Virus record (IMG/VR): IMGVR_UViG_3300027769_000126
Coordinates: 1 to 24,385 of that record
Strand: one strand, 5' to 3'
DNA: 24,385 bases
Source of the DNA: a virus
Taxonomy: Duplodnaviria > Caudoviricetes
Every line of letters begins with the position of its first letter. Position 1 is the first letter of the stretch. The notes under the pieces are model-generated. The model was given only the letters and a program-made list of their open reading frames with translations, made no database searches and was not told the origin of the DNA. The translations under genes were made by a program, and so were the position numbers. Positions 19,349 to 24,385 of this stretch are shown here, in pieces.

Positions 19349-19741
19349 TTATTTCATTTTTTGTTTTAACTCATCTAATTCAAATTCTAAGTCATCAACT
19401 CTTTCAACTTCAGCCTTAGTATCTTCTAAATCTCTAAGTAATTGTTCTTTCTCAAATGGGGATAAAAATCCTTCTTGTCCCTCTGTCTTTTTGTCTGCAG
19501 CAACAATTTTAGTTGCAATGGATGCTAACTTAACCAAATGGTCATCGTTTCTAATTGAGCTATCTATTAATGAATTAATTAATGGTCCTAAGTTTCCCAT
19601 ATCACTTGTACTTTTAACCATTTTTTTTAATTCATTGATTAAATCACTTATTTTAGCTTTTTTTTGAACTTGATTATTATAGATATCCTGAAATAATCCG
19701 TTTAGGGATTTACCAGGAAATAATTCGAAATCGTTTGACAT
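19349..19741 (-). CDS. hypothetical helical protein (130 aa)
   Basis: First ORF after an ATATTTATA box; coiled-coil C-terminus. Confidence 0.7.
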   Translation of the reverse strand: MSNDFELFPGKSLNGLFQDIYNNQVQKKAKISDLINELKKMVKSTSDMGNLGPLINSLIDSSIRNDDHLVKLASIATKIVAADKKTEGQEGFLSPFEKEQLLRDLEDTKAEVERVDDLEFELDELKQKMK

Positions 19742-19767
19742 ATTAATATATTTACATTTTGTATGTA

Positions 19768-19776
19768 TATAAATAT
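19768..19776 (-). promoter_or_regulatory. ATATTTATW box (putative phage late promoter)
   Basis: ATATTTATA about 27 nt upstream of ATG 19741. Confidence 0.6.
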
Positions 19777-19797
19777 GATTGTATTAAAATGTTGAAA

Positions 19798-20613
19798 TTA
19801 AATTGAGATTACTTCAATTGTAATCTTAGGTTGATATCCATCAGGCAGTTGTCGATTAATACCTTTGAATTCGTTTACTTTGTTCTTAAAGTATGTTATT
19901 TGTAATACCTTATCAGTTAGGTTCATTACAGTTTGAGATGATGTAGACATTTCTTCCGTATCTCTTTTCATATTCAATTGAGGTCTTTTTGGGAAGTATT
20001 CCTTTCTCATAGCTTGTGCTATTCCTTTCCAATCCTCAACTTTATCAACTGATTTTTCTGCCGATATTTTTCTTAATTTTGAACTTAAATATTTCTCACC
20101 ACTTGTATATCCAGCATCGGTGAACATATGTCCGTGATTTGTACGAACAACAGGTGATTCGGAGTTTTGAAGTTTAACATCAGGCTTATGCTTTGATGTA
20201 GTTTCAATACTAACCATATGTTTTGGAGATGATACGAATGTATGACCTTTAAGAGATAATCCACTCTTACCCTTATATGATAGTGCAGCTCGTACTGCAT
20301 CCATTAGGGTAGGTTGTTTGATGATGTTTCTCATCTTATCTCCATCAGGTCCTGGCTTTCCACCTTTCTTTACAATCTTATGTTCTGCCTCATCGTGTCC
20401 AACTAATAGTGCGGAGTTTACAACACCAATTCCGTTTTCGTTTAATCCTTCGCTCCAATCAGTTACCAAATCGTGCAGATATGCAACTTCCACACCATCA
20501 ATTATAGTATGTACAATTTCTAAAGATGGATTATAAGCTCTATCTCTGTTTTTAGCTAAGATAAACTTATCGTTAATTTCTTTAGATACAATGATGCACT
20601 CTAAAAGTTTCAT
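19798..20613 (-). CDS. Ntn-hydrolase (C45/AAT-like cysteine amidase/peptidase) with 5-residue leader
   Basis: CIIV...FILAKNRDR, WSEGLNENGIGVVNS and VVRTNH are conserved blocks of N-terminal-Cys nucleophile hydrolases; the Cys is residue 6. Confidence 0.78.
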   Translation of the reverse strand: MKLLECIIVSKEINDKFILAKNRDRAYNPSLEIVHTIIDGVEVAYLHDLVTDWSEGLNENGIGVVNSALLVGHDEAEHKIVKKGGKPGPDGDKMRNIIKQPTLMDAVRAALSYKGKSGLSLKGHTFVSSPKHMVSIETTSKHKPDVKLQNSESPVVRTNHGHMFTDAGYTSGEKYLSSKLRKISAEKSVDKVEDWKGIAQAMRKEYFPKRPQLNMKRDTEEMSTSSQTVMNLTDKVLQITYFKNKVNEFKGINRQLPDGYQPKITIEVISI

Positions 20614-20620
20614 TTATTTA

Positions 20621-21355
20621 TTATTGGATATATGCGTTTAATTCGTAAGAATTTTTCATACCATAAACCTGAATTTGTAGCTTCTTTCTTTGAACCTTAC
20701 CATCTTTAGATAACTCAATACTAAATTTATTAGTCTTACCTTCCGATGGTTTTCTAGGACCCATTCCTATCTGTCTGAAAGAATCATCATCATTTATTTC
20801 GTATCCTTTTTTCTCCGCATATTCTTTAGCTGCTTGTATGGCTGATGTATATGATTTGTGATATACTTCGTAATCTGATTTTGCTTCTTTTATTGATTCG
20901 TTTGTTGATACAAATAATCTTACTGAAAGAATTACATCCTTACCAATATTCAAACTTCTTACTTTGTGCTTTTCCAAATCGTAAGCCGGATTGATTACAG
21001 TTGCTTTTGCAATTACACCATTCTTAATAAAGTGTGGTTGTAATCCAGAATAGTTATCATCTCTGAACATAAAAACATCTTTAGGAGAATCCTTTGATAT
21101 TTTAATTATTTTTTTCAAACCTTCCTTACCCATAAAGCAGCCACCTTCACATTTAGTACCACCATAAGTTTTACCTTTTTGTAATGTTACTTCGCTTACA
21201 GATTCCTCTTTGTTTATTTCTTTACCAGCTTTAACTGCATCTTTATGTGCATCGGAATTACCATGTGCCGGTTTTTCACCTCTAGCTTGCTTAGCTCTGA
21301 TGTTTGCCCATAACCCTGGCTTTTCTTCGTTTAGTATATTTTTTAACTTTATCAT
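20621..21355 (-). CDS. hypothetical modular protein, possible internal head polyprotein
   Basis: MIKLKNILNE leader; three segments joined by ESVSE and ESIKE. Confidence 0.6.
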   Translation of the reverse strand: MIKLKNILNEEKPGLWANIRAKQARGEKPAHGNSDAHKDAVKAGKEINKEESVSEVTLQKGKTYGGTKCEGGCFMGKEGLKKIIKISKDSPKDVFMFRDDNYSGLQPHFIKNGVIAKATVINPAYDLEKHKVRSLNIGKDVILSVRLFVSTNESIKEAKSDYEVYHKSYTSAIQAAKEYAEKKGYEINDDDSFRQIGMGPRKPSEGKTNKFSIELSKDGKVQRKKLQIQVYGMKNSYELNAYIQ

Positions 21356-21356
21356 A

Positions 21357-21626
21357 TTAAAATGCTATTGAAATGTAATCACCATCTGCTTCTATCCAAC
21401 GAACTTTCAAAGATAATAATTTTTTCAAATCATCTGCTTCAAATCTATAATTACCATGCCCACCACTTACTTTTATGTCTACAATAAAACCATGTATTCC
21501 ATCAAATATAGAATCTACTTTGCCACCAATCAATTTTTCAAAAGCCATAACTTGCTTTTGTTGAATTGGTTGCAAATCTTTTAATTGTACTTCGGATGCT
21601 TCGTTTAGTTGTGATAATCGTATCAT
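21357..21626 (-). CDS. small hypothetical protein, possible internal head protein
   Basis: MIRLSQLNE leader similar to the neighbouring gene. Confidence 0.65.
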   Translation of the reverse strand: MIRLSQLNEASEVQLKDLQPIQQKQVMAFEKLIGGKVDSIFDGIHGFIVDIKVSGGHGNYRFEADDLKKLLSLKVRWIEADGDYISIAF

Positions 21627-21627
21627 C

Positions 21628-22278
21628 TTATTTCTTTACTTTAATTTTCCAATAAGTACCAAATCCAACATAAGGTGAGAATGAACCATTTGTACCATCA
21701 ACAGTTCTATTATTTACACCAATGTTTAAGTTATAAATTTTATCCTTTTTAGTTTTAAGAATTAAACCAGCTCCAACTGCTGAAATATAATCTTCTTTGT
21801 TAAATCCAGCATTCAAACCATAATATAATTGAGTTTTTGCAGGTTCTTTAACAATCATAGTTTCTTTTATAGTTCTTTCTTTTACACTTGCATTAAATGT
21901 TCTACCTAAGATTTTGTTTTGTGAGATAGTATCAATTACAGATACAGTTCCTAATGAATCAGGTAATACCAATACATCTTTGTATAAGACTTTTGAATAA
22001 TAATCTTTAAGTAATGCTGCTGTATCTACTATTGCTGGAATAAGAACTTCTTTTTCTACGATTGTTTCGTGATAAATATCTTCACCTTTTTTAGTTACCA
22101 CTTTAGTTTTAACAACTTCTAAAGTATCGATATCATGCTTGATAATTTCATATTTTTTACCTTCAATACGGATAGTTCTACCACCAGGCATTACTCCACC
22201 AGGATTAAACCACTGTAAAAGGATGTAAATAACCAATGCTACAATAGCAATATTTCTAAAGTTCAACAAATTTTTCAT
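21628..22278 (-). CDS. membrane-anchored protein with C-terminal amphipathic beta-strands
   Basis: N-terminal hydrophobic helix IAIVALVIYILLQWF; C-terminal LYYGLNAG, VGAGLILK, YNLNIGV, YVGFGTYWKI. Confidence 0.65.
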   Translation of the reverse strand: MKNLLNFRNIAIVALVIYILLQWFNPGGVMPGGRTIRIEGKKYEIIKHDIDTLEVVKTKVVTKKGEDIYHETIVEKEVLIPAIVDTAALLKDYYSKVLYKDVLVLPDSLGTVSVIDTISQNKILGRTFNASVKERTIKETMIVKEPAKTQLYYGLNAGFNKEDYISAVGAGLILKTKKDKIYNLNIGVNNRTVDGTNGSFSPYVGFGTYWKIKVKK

Positions 22279-22296
22279 AATATATTATTTTATGTG

Positions 22297-22305
22297 TATA
22301 AATAT
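22297..22305 (-). promoter_or_regulatory. ATATTTATW box (putative phage late promoter)
   Basis: ATATTTATA about 19 nt upstream of ATG 22278. Confidence 0.6.
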
Positions 22306-22314
22306 TCAGTTATT

Positions 22315-23727
22315 CTAAAATACCATTTTTGAACCAATTTGGAAGTTATGTAGTAAATTAAAATTAGGTTCGAAAGTCATTGCGCCTCTATATGATGTAG
22401 ATAATCCAAATCTTTTACTTATTTTATAATCATATCCCAAACCTATAATTGCACCAGGCGTTCTACTTACTGAACTATTACCAGTCATTGTATTCCAAGC
22501 TATTGGGGATTGCATTACGAATATTTGAGGAGTTAGAGTAACCTTTCTACTATAAGAATATGGTTTCATCCAAAATCCAACTGCAGATGCACTTAGGGAT
22601 ACACTATATCCACTACTACCCATATTTGGCATCATTAAGGTAATCACACCCACATTATAACCAAATGTTCCGTACTTAGGATGTGGTTTGATGTAGGTGT
22701 ACCCATTAAGGTTCATTAGAGTTCCTTTAAGGTACGCAAATGTAGTTCCGTATGAATGTATGGCATTTAGTTTACCCTCCTCAAAATCCATCTTAGTAAT
22801 ACCACCACTCAATGCAAATTGATTCATAGTACTCCAAATAAGTGCGGTAGCTGAATATGATTTATCACCCATTAATGATGATTTGGAAACACCAACACTC
22901 ATCATTACAGCATATCTACCTTCCATATCTTCAGTACCAGCCAAATCAGATGCCAACATCATTGGATTTGCTACTGCTTTCTTTTTTTCCTCTTTTTTCT
23001 TTTCTTCCTTCTTCTCCTCTTTTTTTTCCTCTTTGGATTCTTCCTTCTTTTCTTCTTTTTTCTCCTCCGATTTGGATTCCTCTTTCTTTTCTTCTGATTT
23101 ACTTTCAGACTTTGATTCCTCTTTTGATTCGGATTTAGTTTCTGATTTTGATTCGGATTTAGTCTCCGTTTTTGTTTCAGTCTTTGTTTCCGATGATGAA
23201 GATGAACTACTACCAGAACTGCTTCCAGAACCCCCAGAAGTACTGCTTCCTGATGATGAAGATGTAGGTGGTGGTGTAGAACTAGCTGATGAAGCTGCTG
23301 CTCCAGATGCGGAAGATGAAGCGGCAGAAGATGCTGATGAACTTGCCGCAGAACTTGCTGCAGATGAAGCGGCAGAACTTGCTGCAGAAGCTGCTGCAGA
23401 TGATGCGGCTTGTGATGTTGCTTGTGCTACTGCGTTTGTTACCGTTTGTTGAACAACCTGATTGGTTGGGCATCCCATAGTTGAGTATGCTGTATATGTT
23501 GCAGTTATCCAAAGTTGAACTGCACCTGCCATTACTTCTTGTGGAGAAAATACTCTGACCTGATTGTAAAAAGATACAGTTGCATATCCGTTTACCATTG
23601 TGGTAGTTGCAACCTTAATCTCACCAGTACATTTATCCTTATAAGTTTGGGTATAGGTTTGCCCCATCGCTTCCGTAGCGAATAAAGATATAACAATTAT
23701 CAGTAAAGGGAGTATCCATTTTTTCAT
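22315..23727 (-). CDS. exported protein: signal peptide, small N-domain, low-complexity stalk, C-terminal outer-membrane beta-barrel
   Basis: Signal MKKWILPLLIIVISLFATEAMG then Q; AASS, S/G and E/K repeats; alternating strands (FGYNVG, IGLGYDYKISKRFGLSTSYR); ends FQIGSKMVF. Confidence 0.72.
   Translation of the reverse strand: MKKWILPLLIIVISLFATEAMGQTYTQTYKDKCTGEIKVATTTMVNGYATVSFYNQVRVFSPQEVMAGAVQLWITATYTAYSTMGCPTNQVVQQTVTNAVAQATSQAASSAAASAASSAASSAASSAASSSASSAASSSASGAAASSASSTPPPTSSSSGSSTSGGSGSSSGSSSSSSSETKTETKTETKSESKSETKSESKEESKSESKSEEKKEESKSEEKKEEKKEESKEEKKEEKKEEKKKEEKKKAVANPMMLASDLAGTEDMEGRYAVMMSVGVSKSSLMGDKSYSATALIWSTMNQFALSGGITKMDFEEGKLNAIHSYGTTFAYLKGTLMNLNGYTYIKPHPKYGTFGYNVGVITLMMPNMGSSGYSVSLSASAVGFWMKPYSYSRKVTLTPQIFVMQSPIAWNTMTGNSSVSRTPGAIIGLGYDYKISKRFGLSTSYRGAMTFEPNFNLLHNFQIGSKMVF
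22981..23190 (-). repeat. coding degenerate tandem repeats (ETKT/ESKS/EEKK)
   Basis: Repeated ttttcttc and tttgattc units encode KTETKTETKSESKSE...EEKKEEKK. Confidence 0.8.
23285..23412 (-). repeat. coding 12-nt degenerate repeats (AASS)n
   Basis: Units such as gaacttgccgca, gaacttgctgca, gatgaagcggca and gaagctgctgca on the + strand. Confidence 0.8.
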
Positions 23728-24385
23728 TTAGAAGTTTACACCCAATCCAAAAGTACTGCTTCTGATTATTGGGTCATAATCATACTTTATTGTTAGATTC
23801 TTAAAATCATGTAACGCTCCAACTTTAACAGTTGTGAATCTATCTCTATATTTTGGGAAAGTGATATATCCAATATCATCTTTACCTCTCCACTTCACAT
23901 CTTCTGTCACACTACCAATCATCATGTGGATACCTGTTCTTTTAATCCTCTTACCAATACCAACATAAAAGTTACTTTGTTTTACCAAATCACTTACCAT
24001 TGGAAAATCGACTTGAGTTATATTACCATAAGGAAAGAATGTAGAATTATCTCTTTCAAATGTTGAATTATATTCAGCTATAAAATATGCTTTGTTTCCC
24101 ATTGTAAAGAAACCACCAATCTGATTACCGCCTGTTTTTTGAATACCAAAACTAATAACAGGTTTTTTACCTTTAATAGTATCCGCTTTTCCGTTATCAT
24201 AAATATAAACTCTTGCAGGCTGTCTATAACCCCAATCGTTTAAGTAAAAGCCAGGGTTCCAATAATTCCAACCAAATGCAGGTGCTCCCCACATATCCCA
24301 TCTATTCCATCCCCATCCAAAATTATTCATTAACCATGGGTCTCTAACAATTATGTTTGAACCAGGTCTTGTTCTTATCGGTCTA
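23728..24385 (-). CDS. outer-membrane beta-barrel-like protein, 5' truncated by the window
   Basis: The frame stays open upstream of the tracked ATG 24330 (RPIRTRPGSNIIVRDPWL-MNNF...). A W/G/Y-rich segment is followed by amphipathic strands ending STFGLGVNF (beta-signal-like). Confidence 0.7.
   Translation of the reverse strand, partial: RPIRTRPGSNIIVRDPWLMNNFGWGWNRWDMWGAPAFGWNYWNPGFYLNDWGYRQPARVYIYDNGKADTIKGKKPVISFGIQKTGGNQIGGFFTMGNKAYFIAEYNSTFERDNSTFFPYGNITQVDFPMVSDLVKQSNFYVGIGKRIKRTGIHMMIGSVTEDVKWRGKDDIGYITFPKYRDRFTTVKVGALHDFKNLTIKYDYDPIIRSSTFGLGVNF

Noticed and set aside
11157-20300. Nested minus-strand alternative-frame ORFs 11157..11351, 18821..19003, 20085..20300
   Set aside because: They are short, fully inside convincing genes, and show no slippery site or motif that I could support.
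1128-20536. Short plus-strand ORFs (e.g. 1128..1415, 3248..3466, 3752..4003, 10058..10378, 11492..11758, 15608..15844, 19335..19667, 20318..20536)
   Set aside because: All lie antisense to longer, well-packed minus-strand genes and show no recognisable motifs.
22981-23412. CRISPR array or non-coding repeat
   Set aside because: The repeats are degenerate, in-frame and coding, with no repeat-spacer structure. I recognised no tRNA or other RNA gene in the short intergenic gaps.
22883-23452. 189-aa plus-strand ORF (and 22857..23138, 23289..23480, 23282..23512)
   Set aside because: These are shadow frames of the low-complexity repeats in the 470-aa gene, where stop codons are depleted by the repeat composition.
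1-24385. Stop-codon reassignment, as in some large Bacteroidota phages
   Set aside because: Genes up to 1687 aa are intact and tile the window under the standard code, and TAG at 22315 ends a gene right after a plausible terminal Phe.

Overview
This AT-rich window comes from a large contractile-tailed (myovirus-type) phage, with all credible genes on the minus strand. In transcription order (right to left) it holds: two outer-membrane beta-barrel-like proteins and a membrane-anchored beta-strand protein; three proteins with short leaders ending in L-x-E, one of them an Ntn-hydrolase; a baseplate module (putative spike, CHAP and M15B peptidoglycan hydrolases, gp25, gp6, a DNRLRE-like protein, a 1687-aa wedge-like protein, three tail-collar-like proteins); a GIY-YIG nuclease; and the 5' part of a DNA primase. 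A TAnnTTTG promoter, A-rich leaders without Shine-Dalgarno sites and a signal peptide followed by Gln point to a Bacteroidota host. The most interesting candidate system is a set of proteins that look like head-packaged cargo processed at T4 gp21-type Glu sites, including an Ntn-hydrolase whose catalytic Cys is masked by MKLLE and a modular polyprotein. All family calls come from motif recognition by eye, not database searches.
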